A program made the position numbers and the translations under genes. From positions 128,001 to 192,000 of the forward strand of contig OY970355.1 in assembly GCA_963718525.1 (NCBI GenBank): a stretch of DNA of 64,000 bases, in the 5' to 3' direction. A model generated the notes under the pieces. That model saw only the letters and a program-made list of their open reading frames with translations. It was not told the origin of the DNA and made no database searches. Of the stretch, positions 1 through 10,694 are shown piece after piece. This DNA is from Candidatus Dormiibacterota bacterium (GTDB lineage: Bacteria; Chloroflexota; Dormibacteria; Aeolococcales; Aeolococcaceae). Numbering within the stretch: the first letter of the stretch is position 1; each line of letters begins with the position of its first letter.

Positions 1-14
1 TCGTACTGACAGTC

Positions 15-326
15 GTGGCTGCGCTTGGCGCAGTCGCAGCGATGGTCAGCCTCCTCCGCCCGCGAATCCTGCCGCTGGTACGTCTGTACCTCCGCGTCAC
101 AGTCGCTGTGATCGCGATTCAGGTTGTGATTGGGCTCGTGCTCGTCGCCTCTGGAAACCGACCTCACCAACTCCTCCACTGGCTGTACGGAGCGGCAACT
201 CTCGCCACGCTGCCGATCGCCATGGCGATCGGCAAGCGCCTTGGCGGCCGCGACGAGCTGATCTGGCTCGCCGGCGGTGCGGTGCTGACAGTGCTCTTCG
301 CAGTCCGGGCGCTGGCGACCGGCTGA
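15..326 (+). CDS. small multi-pass membrane protein (may be 5'-truncated by the window edge)
   Basis: Hydrophobic ORF with 3-4 TM-like segments; LHWLYG motif. Confidence 0.7.
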   Translation: MAALGAVAAMVSLLRPRILPLVRLYLRVTVAVIAIQVVIGLVLVASGNRPHQLLHWLYGAATLATLPIAMAIGKRLGGRDELIWLAGGAVLTVLFAVRALATG

Positions 327-389
327 CGTCACATCGAGGACCAACGGCACTGGCACGTCGTCCGACCGAACCCTGAACATTGACCATGG

Positions 390-620
390 ATGCTCACATC
401 AGATGAGGTGACGATGACCGAAGGAATCGATGGGGCTGTGGCGCTGCCGCTCGACAGCCGCCGACCCTGTCCGTACTCCGAGGAGACCGTCACCGGCTGC
501 CGCCACTACGCCCCGGTTTCCGTGCATGGTGGGTTCCCCGGTGCAGCTTGCTGTCACTGGGCGGTGAATCTGTCCACGCATGACTACATTCGTACTTTGA
601 TGTGCCGTCGTCCTGTTTAG
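390..620 (+). CDS. small Cys-rich hypothetical protein
   Basis: 76-aa ORF with CPY..GC..Y, CCH and C residues. Confidence 0.45.
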   Translation: MLTSDEVTMTEGIDGAVALPLDSRRPCPYSEETVTGCRHYAPVSVHGGFPGAACCHWAVNLSTHDYIRTLMCRRPV

Positions 621-695
621 TACCAGCCGCACCCAGCACACGGCGGAGTTAGTCGCCACGTGTGCGATCGCGCTTTGAGCCGGCGCCAGATTGCG

Positions 696-1817
696 TTAAC
701 CCGAGAGTCCGACGATTACCGAGGGTCGCTCCGCCTTCCAACCGGCACCCGTGAAGACCCAGAGAACGTTGAGCGTATTGGGGCGACCCGCGTTGCCGAT
801 CATCACGACTCGGCCGATACGCGGGTCGGCGAGCAACCAGGCGCCGTGGTAGTCCGTGTCGACAGCGGGCGAGATGCCATCCACCTCCTTCCACACCGCG
901 CCGCTCAGCGCCCACGTCGACCCCGCGCGTACGTCACCGCCGCCGATGTACATGAGCACGTCACCTGTTCGCGGATCGGCTGCCATCGACGCGGTGATCG
1001 GGTCGAAAGGCTCCACCTCATTCGCGGCCAGCGGCGACCACGTGGAACCGTCCCATGTCCACGTTTCTGCGCGGCTGTTCGCATTGCCCGTGAAGACCGC
1101 AATCACACGGTGATGCGCCGGGTCGGATACCACGATGGGGATCGATCCTTCGACTGGGAGCGCGGTGATGGGGGCGTCAAGGCGCCATGACGCTCCCGTC
1201 CATGTCCAGGTGTCGTCGCTCGTCAATTGTCCGCTGGCTGGTGCCGTGACCAGCACCAGCTCGTTGAGCGCCGGGAGCGCCGCCATTCCGACCAGGGTCT
1301 GTGAGGGATTCGGCACATCGCCGTGCTTCGTCCATGTCGAGCCGTCCCATGTCCACGTCTCGAGTTGCTGATAATTCGGTGGAACGCCACCGACCAGAAC
1401 GATGCTGCCCGTCGCAGGATCAGCAGTCATCCATCCGGCGTCGATGTCGGGGCTGGTGACCGGGTGGCGCAATAGCCAACCACTCGCGTCGAGGGTCCAC
1501 GTCTCGCGTGACGATGCCTGCGGACCACTCCCGAACCCGGTGCCACCATACATGAGGATATCGTTGTGCGCGGCGTCGAACGCCATCGCATCCAGTTCGC
1601 GCGGCGCCGGCAGTGGCGGGTCCAGTGTCACCGCCGGCGTCGGCCCCAGTGGCTCAGCTGTCGGCGTTGTGATGTGCGGCGTCGCGGGGAAGGACGGCTC
1701 GACCGGCGTGGAGGTGTGCAGCACGGCCCGGATGCCGTAGAACGCAGCCGGCCCGACGACGATGAGACCGAGCAGTCCCCACATGCGGCGTCGCGATGGG
1801 CCCATGAATCCCATCAT
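696..1817 (-). CDS. membrane-anchored Kelch-like beta-propeller repeat protein
   Basis: N-terminal TM, Pro-rich linker, repeated ETWTWDG..W and M..DP..G units. Confidence 0.8.
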   Translation of the reverse strand: MMGFMGPSRRRMWGLLGLIVVGPAAFYGIRAVLHTSTPVEPSFPATPHITTPTAEPLGPTPAVTLDPPLPAPRELDAMAFDAAHNDILMYGGTGFGSGPQASSRETWTLDASGWLLRHPVTSPDIDAGWMTADPATGSIVLVGGVPPNYQQLETWTWDGSTWTKHGDVPNPSQTLVGMAALPALNELVLVTAPASGQLTSDDTWTWTGASWRLDAPITALPVEGSIPIVVSDPAHHRVIAVFTGNANSRAETWTWDGSTWSPLAANEVEPFDPITASMAADPRTGDVLMYIGGGDVRAGSTWALSGAVWKEVDGISPAVDTDYHGAWLLADPRIGRVVMIGNAGRPNTLNVLWVFTGAGWKAERPSVIVGLSG

Positions 1818-1874
1818 CCGAGGATTGCGACCTGTGAAGGGCTTGGCAGCGCATCGGCAGCCAACGCTGCGTCC

Positions 1875-2492
1875 TCAGGCCTTGACCGCTCGACCCTCGA
1901 ATGTGTAGCCGAAGGCCTTGGGCTCGCCCTCGAAGTAGTAGGTGTCGAGGTGTTCAATGGCGAATCCGGCGTCGCTGATCATCTGCGGGATGTCGCGCGT
2001 GAGGTGGCACCCACCGGCCAGCCGCCTGTTGATCGGTTCGAGGCGCACCTGCCAGCGCGCCACCTTTGGATCCGGGGCATGGCCATGCTCGATGAAGTGG
2101 AACGAGCCGCCCGCCTTCAAAACGCGGTGCATCTCGCCAAGGGCGGCCGCGACGTCGGGGATCGTGCAGAGCGTCCACGTCGAGAGCACACCGTCGAACT
2201 GATCGGAGGGCAGGTCCAGGTGCTCCCCGTCGCCACCGGCGAGCTCGATCCGAGCTGAGGACTTGGCGATCCGTGGCTCGGCGAGCCGCATGCACGCAGC
2301 CGACGGCTCAACGGCGAACACCCTGACGACCTCGGGTGGGTAGTGGAGAGCGTTGAGCCCGGTACCGAAGCCGACTTCAACGACATCGCCGCTCAGGCCG
2401 GCACAGGCGCGGGCTCTGGGCTCCAGGGTCGACTTTCGAGCCATCGCCCGGTCCTGGAATCGCGGCAGTATTCGGTCCTGGTAGAAGCCCAA
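1875..2492 (-). CDS. class I SAM-dependent methyltransferase
   Basis: VVEVGFGTG motif I, FD.V.STWTLCTIPD, VLK.GG. Confidence 0.9.
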   Translation of the reverse strand: MGFYQDRILPRFQDRAMARKSTLEPRARACAGLSGDVVEVGFGTGLNALHYPPEVVRVFAVEPSAACMRLAEPRIAKSSARIELAGGDGEHLDLPSDQFDGVLSTWTLCTIPDVAAALGEMHRVLKAGGSFHFIEHGHAPDPKVARWQVRLEPINRRLAGGCHLTRDIPQMISDAGFAIEHLDTYYFEGEPKAFGYTFEGRAVKA

Positions 2493-2544
2493 CGACTACC
2501 TCCTGTCGCGGCCGTGCCCGAGTTTGCGCGCAAACGTCGTCAGG

Positions 2545-2980
2545 TCACGCTCGAGTCGCTGCAGCGGCCTCGCGCTCGTCAAGGAACTCCCACCAGGCAT
2601 CCGCGGCTGATCGAGCGGCTCCGATCACGCGGATCGCCGACGTTTCCATCGCCGTCAGCGCTTCCATCCCCCAGCGGGCGTGGTCGGTGTCCATCGTGGC
2701 GTGGAGATCCCAGAAGCGCGTTCCCTCTGCATCGATGCCGTAGTTGCGTCGCAGGCCGTCCGCCTTCGACGCCGCGATCAACGGGGCCTGCATCTCGTAC
2801 GCGACGACTGCCGCCAGTCCCTCGCTCGCACTCGATTCGACGATCTTCCTGTACGTGCTCAGCAGATGGCTCGTGGCCGTACTCGGCGGCGAGACACCGG
2901 CGACGGTAAAAGGGGTGCCGGAGGAGTTGCCGGTCGGCAAGAGCGACCGTGAGCTGGGCCTGGAGTTCATCCGGCGTCAT
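2545..2980 (-). pseudogene. CADD/PqqC/TenA-like heme-oxygenase-fold protein with internal deletion and frameshift
   Basis: N-terminus LLRHPFYRR (ATG 2980) is in one frame; C-terminus AYE.Q..FWDLH..MD..H..AWW.FLD is in another; the middle helices are missing. Confidence 0.7.
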
Positions 2981-3159
2981 GAGAGTCTCCCGTTTGGACG
3001 GATTCACGCCGAGCAAGAATACGCCGCCCACGAGCGGTCGCCGAACCTGCACCGTGCAACTCACCCGAGTCCTCACCGCCCTCCCGGCGTCGCGCGCGAG
3101 GGATCGGAACGTAACGAAACCGTGCTGACCCTCCGGCACGTCGCTTGTACCATCGATCA

Positions 3160-4779
3160 ATGATCGCGACCCCCCGCGAGTGGCGGGTCCGGACGCCGGC
3201 AGCGGTTCACGCTCAGGCGTCCCCCAAGCGGTGGTGGCTCGACCTCGGCATTGTCGTTCCGGTCCTGGCTGGCCTTGCATATGTCGCGGTGCTCGTGATC
3301 CGTCTCACGAGCACCCTCTCATCCTTCTATTGGTACAGCGATTTTCCAGAGGCGCTCCGGCTGGGCGACGCGGTCTTCCACCATGGCTACGGTCAGGGGC
3401 TCGCGGTACCGGCACAGACTGGTATCGGACCGCTGTGGGTGGTCGGCATGCTCGATCAGGTGACCGGCAACGACATTGTTGGGATGACCGTCGGAGCGCT
3501 GATGGTTGTGCTCGCGGTAGGCGTCATGGCGTGGACGGCATATCGAGTGATCGGTCGCCTCGGTGCGGTGGTGGTCGGCGTGGTCTGCGTTGCCGCGCCG
3601 CCGGTTGTGGCGTGGGAGATGCTGACCCCGGTCGCCCACGAGAGCACCGTGCTTCTGGCAGGGGTTGCCGCGTGGCAGCTCGTGTCACTTTCACAACCGG
3701 CTCGCGGCCGCGCGATTGCATCGTCCGCGCTTGTGGGTGCAGTCGCGGGCGTGAGCGTGATCTCCGACGCCCTGGCCATACCTGCAGCCGTGGCACCTTG
3801 GATCATCTGTGCGATCGTGCTCGTACGCCGCGACCACTCTCGACTTCTGCCGATTGCCATCACCGCCATAACTGGGGTCGCTTCGGCGGCATCGGTTGTG
3901 CTCCTGTCCAGTGCATCGGGGATCGCGGCGCGAGGAGGAGTCGGGCTCGCGCCGTCGATGGACGGCGTCACTGCCGGGCTGCATTCCGTTGCGACAACTC
4001 TGGGGCAAATGATCAGCGGCGCCTGGTACACCGCGACGGTCCCGGCTCTCGCGCTCGTCGGATTTCTTTTCTTCACGGCCGTGATTTTCATGGCAACTCG
4101 AGCTGCGCGACGGCATGTCAGCGACTCGGTCCGAGGGCGGGACGTGTATGCGTGGTTCTGGCTGTTGGTCTGTGCTGCGCTGATCGCCGCTTACTGCCTT
4201 TCAGGTCTCGGCCCTCAACGCAGTCCGGTCGCCTACCAAGGGCACTACGTCGACGAGCTGTGGTTCGCGATCGCAGCGCTGATGCCGCTCGGGTTCCTAT
4301 GGATTGGACGCGTTCCGCGTATTCTCGTCGTTGCATGCGCCGCGTCACTCGCGGTGGTGAGCACCGTCGGCGTCGCCACTGCCCCGTCATTTCTGCTCAA
4401 CGGCCCCGACTATGTGGACACAGCTCGACTCACATCGACGCTCGAGTCGGTTGGGACCACGCGCGGCTACGGCGGATACTGGGAGTCGTATGCGGTGGGG
4501 TGGCACACTGACAACCGAATCACGGCTCTGCCGCTGCAACAGTGCGCGTCCGGACTCTGCCGCTATGCCTTCGCCGCGCCGGCGTGGTATCAGCGCCAAC
4601 CCGGACCTGTATTCGTGATCGTACAGGTCAGCGGCTGCAGCCATGACCCGCTCTGCATCGACGCCGCCAACCTCGAGGGACTTCCGCCGCCCGAATCGGT
4701 CCATGCTGTCGGTCCACTGCGGGTCTACGTCTACCCTCACGACGTGTTCGCCGGCCTACCTTCGGCTCCAAGCCTCTAG
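3160..4779 (+). CDS. polytopic membrane protein (GT-C-like)
   Basis: About 12 TM-like segments; C-terminal GYGGYWES domain. Confidence 0.7.
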   Translation: MIATPREWRVRTPAAVHAQASPKRWWLDLGIVVPVLAGLAYVAVLVIRLTSTLSSFYWYSDFPEALRLGDAVFHHGYGQGLAVPAQTGIGPLWVVGMLDQVTGNDIVGMTVGALMVVLAVGVMAWTAYRVIGRLGAVVVGVVCVAAPPVVAWEMLTPVAHESTVLLAGVAAWQLVSLSQPARGRAIASSALVGAVAGVSVISDALAIPAAVAPWIICAIVLVRRDHSRLLPIAITAITGVASAASVVLLSSASGIAARGGVGLAPSMDGVTAGLHSVATTLGQMISGAWYTATVPALALVGFLFFTAVIFMATRAARRHVSDSVRGRDVYAWFWLLVCAALIAAYCLSGLGPQRSPVAYQGHYVDELWFAIAALMPLGFLWIGRVPRILVVACAASLAVVSTVGVATAPSFLLNGPDYVDTARLTSTLESVGTTRGYGGYWESYAVGWHTDNRITALPLQQCASGLCRYAFAAPAWYQRQPGPVFVIVQVSGCSHDPLCIDAANLEGLPPPESVHAVGPLRVYVYPHDVFAGLPSAPSL

Positions 4780-4857
4780 ACAACACTCCTGACCTCCACG
4801 TTGCGAACGGGCCGCGCCTTCAGTCATATATGGATCCATGCGGATCGCCCAACGACG

Positions 4858-5877
4858 TTGACCAGCCGCCACGACGCCATCGCAGCTCTGGAGCGCATTG
4901 CGTACCTTCTCGAACGCGAGCTCGAACCGTCGTTCCGCGTGCGTGCCTTTCGCAATGCGGCCGCCGTCGTTCGTGCGCTTCCCGATGAGGAGCTCGAAGA
5001 GCGGAGTAGGCGCGGAACACTGCACAGTCTCGCGGGGATCGGGCCGGTCACCGCTCGCGTCATCGAGGAGGCGCTTGCAGGGGCCACACCGGCCTACCTG
5101 CTGCGCCTCGAAACGGAGTCTCCGGCCATTGCGGAGGAGGCGTTGGCGCTGCGCCGGACACTGCGCGGTGACTGCCACGTCCACTCGGACTGGTCGGACG
5201 GCGGCAGCCCCATCGAAGAGATGGCTCGGACGGCGATCGCCCTTGGTCACGAGTACATCGTCCTCACCGATCACTCACCGCGCCTCACGGTGGCGCGCGG
5301 GTTGAGCGCCGAGCAACTCCTGGAGCAACTCGACATGGTGCGCGGCATCAACGAACGGCTCGCGCCGTTTCGGATCCTGACCGGCATCGAGGTCGACATC
5401 CTCGAAGACGGCTCGCTCGACCAGGAATCGGACCTCCTCGCGCAGCTGGACGTTGTGGTGGCGAGCGTGCACTCGAAGCTCCGGATGCCGCAGGCGGAGA
5501 TGACACCGCGGATGCTCGCCGCCATCCGCAACCCGCACATGGACATCCTCGGTCACTGTACCGGGCGGATCGTCGTCGGCCGGGGACGACCCGAGTCGGA
5601 GTTCGACGCGGATGCCGTCTTCGCGGAGTGCCGCGAGCATCAGGTCGCGGTTGAGATCAACTCACGTCCGGAGCGGCTCGATCCCCCAATGCGCTTGCTG
5701 AGGCTCGCGGTCGAGACCGGGTGCCGGCTCTCAGTCGACACCGACGCGCACGCGCCGGGGCAGCTCGAGTGGCAGCTGCGCGGCTGCGAACGCGCTGCCG
5801 CGTGCGGTGTTTCAGCCGACATGGTCATCAACACCATGACGGCGAGCGAGCTCGTCGCGTGGACGATGACGAAGTAG
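4858..5877 (+). CDS. PHP-domain protein with PolX-like N-terminal HhH (no polymerase domain)
   Basis: GIGP HhH motif; DCHVHSDWSDG, TDHS, GIEVDI, ASVHS, DTDAH. Confidence 0.9.
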   Translation: MTSRHDAIAALERIAYLLERELEPSFRVRAFRNAAAVVRALPDEELEERSRRGTLHSLAGIGPVTARVIEEALAGATPAYLLRLETESPAIAEEALALRRTLRGDCHVHSDWSDGGSPIEEMARTAIALGHEYIVLTDHSPRLTVARGLSAEQLLEQLDMVRGINERLAPFRILTGIEVDILEDGSLDQESDLLAQLDVVVASVHSKLRMPQAEMTPRMLAAIRNPHMDILGHCTGRIVVGRGRPESEFDADAVFAECREHQVAVEINSRPERLDPPMRLLRLAVETGCRLSVDTDAHAPGQLEWQLRGCERAAACGVSADMVINTMTASELVAWTMTK

Positions 5878-5911
5878 ATCAACCCCACATGGGGCGCCTG
5901 AAGGCAGGGCG

Positions 5912-6154
5912 CTAAGCCGGAGTTCCTTGCGCGAGCCAGCGTCGGAAGACATCGACACGATCCGCCGGCCAAGGACCGTCGCAAGGCATCTCGCCTTCCT
6001 CGAGCCGGGCGAGGATCGCGGGTGCGTGCTCAATGACGTCGTCTAATGACCACAAGTCGAAGTGGGACCGCATCGAGGCGCGATCCCTCTCACGAAAGAG
6101 AGGCCTGACATTAGCGGCGAAACTCACCGGATCACCGTTGCCATCTGAGGACAT
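5912..6154 (-). CDS. conserved hypothetical protein
   Basis: SF..DVRPLFRERD..SM..HFDLWS..MPCDGPWP-type pattern. Confidence 0.7.
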   Translation of the reverse strand: MSSDGNGDPVSFAANVRPLFRERDRASMRSHFDLWSLDDVIEHAPAILARLEEGEMPCDGPWPADRVDVFRRWLAQGTPA

Positions 6155-6366
6155 CGTTGGCCTCCCGTTCCCCGTGATGTTGACGTGAAGCACTGGACCC
6201 CACGGATGCGGCCATTATGCTGGGGTCGCACCAGCGATAGCCCCTAGCTCACGGGACACCTGCCCGAGGCGCACGTGCTTGCTTGGATCGCGGCCTCAGA
6301 CCTCGGTGTCGTGGGGCCTCTGGGGACATCACCCTCGCCTGGGCCGGCGTCTTCTCCCAGCGCGCT

Positions 6367-6510
6367 TCAGAGCCCGATCCAACCTGCGCCGCCGAAGACG
6401 TAGCTCAGGAGAAGGACTACCGCGATAAAACCGAGCGGCACGGCCACAACCACCAGCCAGAACACGCGATGGCGAGCTCGACGCACGTCATGATCGGTGG
6501 GGAAGGCCAC
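6367..6510 (-). CDS. putative single-TM microprotein (47 aa)
   Basis: GTG..TGA ORF read by hand: basic stretch followed by FWLVVVAVPLGFIAVVLLLSYVFGG. Confidence 0.4.
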   Translation of the reverse strand: MAFPTDHDVRRARHRVFWLVVVAVPLGFIAVVLLLSYVFGGAGWIGL

Positions 6511-6603
6511 GAGGCAATGGTAGACGCCGACGTCCGCGTTGCAAGCGCGTCAGGGGTGATTGACGGACCCTGGCCTGACCTGCCCACCCCTTCCTCGGCA
6601 ATC

Positions 6604-7123
6604 TCAGGGCGCGGTCGTCACGCTCACGTTCTGGATCGAAACGCCCCACCGATCGAAGATCGGCGTGATGAGTTCACTAACGGAGCTGGCGATACGCTCC
6701 GAATCGGTCGAGCCAGCGCCCGGCGTAGCTGCCCTCACAGCAACCCGAAGCTGCTGAATGATCGCAGTAGGTAAATCTGCAACTGCCATGGCAGCAACGC
6801 GTGGATCCTCCGCCTTGCGGCTTGCCCGCACCCAGTACGTCGGTTCCGCTTCCGGTGCACTCGACACTGGCCAGTCACCCGTGTCGATCTCCGCAGGCAC
6901 GACTGCCAGGCGACCATTTGGGAGGAAGTGCCACCCGGGAGATAGAACCGCTTTTGCCGACGGCGTGATCGAACGGTGATCGGGAACGACGCCGAACCAC
7001 CCGGTCGGAACATGGCGGACCGACCATCGAAAACTCGCTTGTCTTCTTATGTCGCGAGGCGACCGCAGGCGCAGCGGAGGATGCTGAGCACGAGGTTGCT
7101 GCGGTTCAGGGGTATCGCCCATG
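6604..7123 (-). CDS. hypothetical protein (cassette)
   Basis: ORF between two sites; probable start MGDTPEP. Confidence 0.5.
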
Positions 7124-7434
7124 CCGCGATGATGCATCAAGGAACAGAGATCTGCTCCAAGATACATTGCCGGATGCTGGCCTGTTCTGGTACGCCATCG
7201 CTTGACCGCTTATGTCTTCAGGTCAACCTCCGGCGTTCACCCCGGCGCCAAGTTGGGCAGCGTCTTCGAAATCCAGTCACACGGCGCAGCCGGTCCATCA
7301 TCAGCCTGCTCGCCAATGGATTAACAGCAACGATATGCTTGACGCACCGGCCTAGGAACTCGGTGGGTGGAGCTTCTAGCAATCCGCGCCGCGCTAAAGC
7401 CGGAATTGCTCCGGAATGGGGAGTTGACCGAGAC

Positions 7435-7635
7435 CTAGTGCGTCAAGAAGCTTTCGGCCCGCTTCTTACGCCGGTGCTCGTCTAAGAAGGATAGGGGCGC
7501 TGCAATCGCGAGGCATATCCCCCCGCCAAGGAAGAGAGACCGTATCGGTTCCAAATTCCCAAAGATAACCAGCACGAGAACCGCTACGCCGAACGCACCT
7601 GCCAGTACGGACAACCCCCGGGCTATGGCTCGCAT
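7435..7635 (-). CDS. small 2-TM membrane protein
   Basis: Two hydrophobic helices and a basic C-terminus. Confidence 0.6.
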   Translation of the reverse strand: MRAIARGLSVLAGAFGVAVLVLVIFGNLEPIRSLFLGGGICLAIAAPLSFLDEHRRKKRAESFLTH

Positions 7636-8080
7636 TCACACATCGTAGTCATTGGATCGTCCCCACGTCCACAGTTGTCCCTCGAACGGTGCGTCAGACC
7701 GGGGGCAAGGCTGGCGGCGCGGGAGGCGGTAGTGGTGGCGGCGGCGGGTTCGGCTTGCGCGTCGTGGCAATGGCGATCACTACCCCTACGATCGCCACGA
7801 CCACGATCACAAGCAGCAAGAAGAGGACGTAGTTCGGGGTTACTAAGGTGATCTCCGGATCCTAACCTACCGTTCCGACAACATAGGCAGGGTCATCGTA
7901 CGTAGCTACGTTACTGGCCTTCCGCTTCTCTCCATCGATGTGGACCCGACGGCATGCCCTCTGGGTACATTTGCCGATGCTCGCCTGCGGAACCTTTGCC
8001 TCCTTAAGCGTCTCCGAGTGGGCCAGGGCATTTACGGCGCCGAGTTGGTTGGTACTACCGTCGACCTGCCGCCCGCGCCC

Positions 8081-8521
8081 TTAAGTGTTGGACACCGGGC
8101 GAGGCGGGAGCGGAACCGTCGCTCCGTAGCTGCCGTCGACGATGGTGACATTCACTTGCTCGCTGGCATCGAGCGCTGTAGGGACCTGAATGATGGTCGT
8201 GGTCGCGGCTAGGTCGGCTGGACAGGCGGCGCCGTCGGGCGGGAGGTCGGTGGTCACCGTCACCGTGAGCGCGTCGTTCCCGGACACTTTGAGTCCACTT
8301 GGAAGGCCCGGGCACCCCGAGCTACCCCAAGTCAGCACCGCCATCTGGCCGGCTGTCACCCATAGGGCATTGTCGCGAACTCGCTCAGGAGACAACGTCA
8401 CGCCGGGTGGCAGACCGAGGTAGTGGCGCACCAGCCACGGAGGACTGGTTTCAGCACCGCAGGCGCCGGCGACAATTATCAGAACCGTCCCGGCTAGGAC
8501 GGACAAGAAACGCGGATTCAC
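8081..8521 (-). CDS. putative lipoprotein
   Basis: Signal peptide with AGAC lipobox; WGSSGCP and ACPADL motifs. Confidence 0.75.
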   Translation of the reverse strand: MNPRFLSVLAGTVLIIVAGACGAETSPPWLVRHYLGLPPGVTLSPERVRDNALWVTAGQMAVLTWGSSGCPGLPSGLKVSGNDALTVTVTTDLPPDGAACPADLAATTTIIQVPTALDASEQVNVTIVDGSYGATVPLPPRPVSNT

Positions 8522-8660
8522 GTGTGTAACGTATGCGAGACCAACCCATCGGCGAGGTTCAGGCGAGTGGATGACCCGTTGGCGAGCTAACTATGACTGC
8601 TATCGACCCCACGAAAGTGAGGTTGCGTAGCCCGGAACCTTCCAGGTTCGGCCTGCGCAG

Positions 8661-8689
8661 CTCAAGGTACATTTGCGGACACTGGCCTG
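8661..8689 (+). repeat. representative cassette-boundary motif
   Basis: CTCAAGGTACATTTGCGGACACTGGCCTG, preceded by a TGAG...CTCA hairpin starting near 8618. Confidence 0.9.
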
Positions 8690-8701
8690 AGGAGGACCCG
8701 C

Positions 8702-9055
8702 CTATCCGGCCTTACGCCGAAGGCCTGCTGGAATCGCTGTCCAGACCGCTTCCCGATCGCGCTTGCGGCAGACGAAGGTGAGTTGCCGCGGCCGAGCAAA
8801 GAGCCAAGTCCATGGACCCCACCGGTGATGCCCTTTCACCCGCGCGCCGAAGCGAAACCGAATTCCACCACGGAAGGAATCGACTGAGCGGACCTGCGCC
8901 CAATCGAAGGGGAAGGTCGGAAGGAAGATGCTCAGGATGACAGCGGATGGTCCGATGGTCCAGCCCGTTTCGCTGAGACTCAGCCTTACCAGTGGCCATG
9001 TTGCGGTGCGACCCCACGTGGCGCGAATGCCGCCCACGAACGATTGGCTGCTCAT
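8702..9055 (-). CDS. hypothetical protein (cassette)
   Basis: ORF MSSQSFVGG.. fills the interval between the 8661 and 9098 sites. Confidence 0.55.
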   Translation of the reverse strand: MSSQSFVGGIRATWGRTATWPLVRLSLSETGWTIGPSAVILSIFLPTFPFDWAQVRSVDSFRGGIRFRFGARVKGHHRWGPWTWLFARPRQLTFVCRKRDREAVWTAIPAGLRRKAG

Positions 9056-9233
9056 CGTCGTCCATTCTCCAGCGCCTTCGGGCCGCAGAGATCGCAATCC
9101 GGCGACATTGGCGGATGCTGGCGTGACCGAACGCCGCGTGTTCGGGAGTGGCGCTCCGCCAGCTCTCGCCACCCCTTCTTCCGCCGCGTCGATGGTTCGC
9201 TGTCCCCACGAGCCTATCGACCCATCGCTTCGC

Positions 9234-9519
9234 CTAGGTGCCTTGGTCACCGTTCCCAGGCGACAACATCCTGACGAGGAAAACGGCGCTCACTGCAAAT
9301 GATCCTATGGCCCATAGCACCCAGTTCTCTGGCTGCGCATAAATGAACGTGAACCCAGCTACAGCCGCGATGGTGCACGCCAGCCAAGGGTACTGACCAA
9401 CCCACCACATGACCAATTTCTCCGTTACTGGAGCCCGGTGGTTCCGCTCTTGCGCCTCCGAGCCTGGTAGGACGAAAGGAACCCCCACGCGCTCAGGACG
9501 AATGCTCCCACCATCCATG
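9234..9519 (-). CDS. small membrane protein
   Basis: Two TM-like segments at the C-terminus; start uncertain. Confidence 0.4.
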
Positions 9520-9634
9520 CGATCCAATTCGGGGGTTGCGTGTGTATGCGAACGCGCACCCGCCCAAGAAGGCGATGATCGCCATGAGGCCGGGGGTTTT
9601 ATACGCGAGGAACCACATAGAGAACTCCCCGCGC

Positions 9635-10327
9635 CTACGGGCAGGACTTCGGCTTCGTGATTGCTCCCGCCGCGCCCCATTCTGTGAAAGAGACGGTACT
9701 CGCAGAGACAGTACTGGTGGCATAGCGCATATAGCGAATCGGCAATCTCTGGCCGATCGGTACATCCAGCTCGCGACCTACACCCTTGAACACATTCACG
9801 TCTACGCCATTCACCTTGGATGTCCCTTGGAGTGTCATGCTTGGGGCGGCAGCGGAGATCACATTCGCGAGGCCACCCGGGCTGAACGAAGCATTGAGCT
9901 CACTCGCCGACAAACCCACCTGCTTCTGCATCGTCGATGGAAATGCGATACAGACGTTCGGCCGAATATGAAAGGGAGTGGCGAATCCGGCGTCGGGGAT
10001 TGCGTCGAACGTCGGAGCGGTGAGCCCTCCGTCGCTGGTAACGCCCAGGCGGGCGTAGATCTGGACTGAGCCGTCGCCGGTGATCGTGATCTTTCCTGCG
10101 ACCGCTCCCGATGTGTCGGTGCTAATGTCGCCAATTGCCCCGGTCCCGACGTTTGCGATCACATGCACGGACATCGCTGCGCTCATGGCGAGGATCACCT
10201 GGGCATATGTTGGTGGCGTTGTGCTTACGACCTGGGCCGGGTGGGACGCGGTTGACCCACACGCTGATGCTGCCACCGTGACGGCAGCGACGGCGAACCC
10301 ACGCCGTAGCACGGCCCTTCTTGCCAT
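9635..10327 (-). CDS. putative lipoprotein
   Basis: RR-rich signal peptide with ASAC lipobox. Confidence 0.75.
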   Translation of the reverse strand: MARRAVLRRGFAVAAVTVAASACGSTASHPAQVVSTTPPTYAQVILAMSAAMSVHVIANVGTGAIGDISTDTSGAVAGKITITGDGSVQIYARLGVTSDGGLTAPTFDAIPDAGFATPFHIRPNVCIAFPSTMQKQVGLSASELNASFSPGGLANVISAAAPSMTLQGTSKVNGVDVNVFKGVGRELDVPIGQRLPIRYMRYATSTVSASTVSFTEWGAAGAITKPKSCP

Positions 10328-10694
10328 CGGGCGAGAGCCTACTAGCCCAGATCGCAGGCCAGGGCACCCGTAGCGCTCCTCCGAACAGAGTTGTTACCGA
10401 GACGTCTGTCTGCTTTCGCCGATAGCGGCGGCCGCACGGCGGCGAGCATCTCGGCGGTCGCTAGGTCGGTGACGACGCAGCATTGCGCAGTCGTGCTGCC
10501 GGCCCGAGGAGGGCCAATGTCTTGCCGCTCAACCGCGACGAGCGGCCTGGCCGAGCAATGTGTCGTGGCCGCCTGGCAAGGCCGTAGAGGGCGACGGCCC
10601 TCGTCGAGACATTCACGGATGCTCGCGCGGGCGACCCTGCATGTCACTGGTGGGTGCCGGGCAAATTAAGGCTGAGATCGCTGAGCCGAAATGC

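Noticed and set aside
4858-5877. PolX-like protein lacking a polymerase domain
   Set aside because: The HhH plus PHP architecture is already familiar from Actinobacteria.
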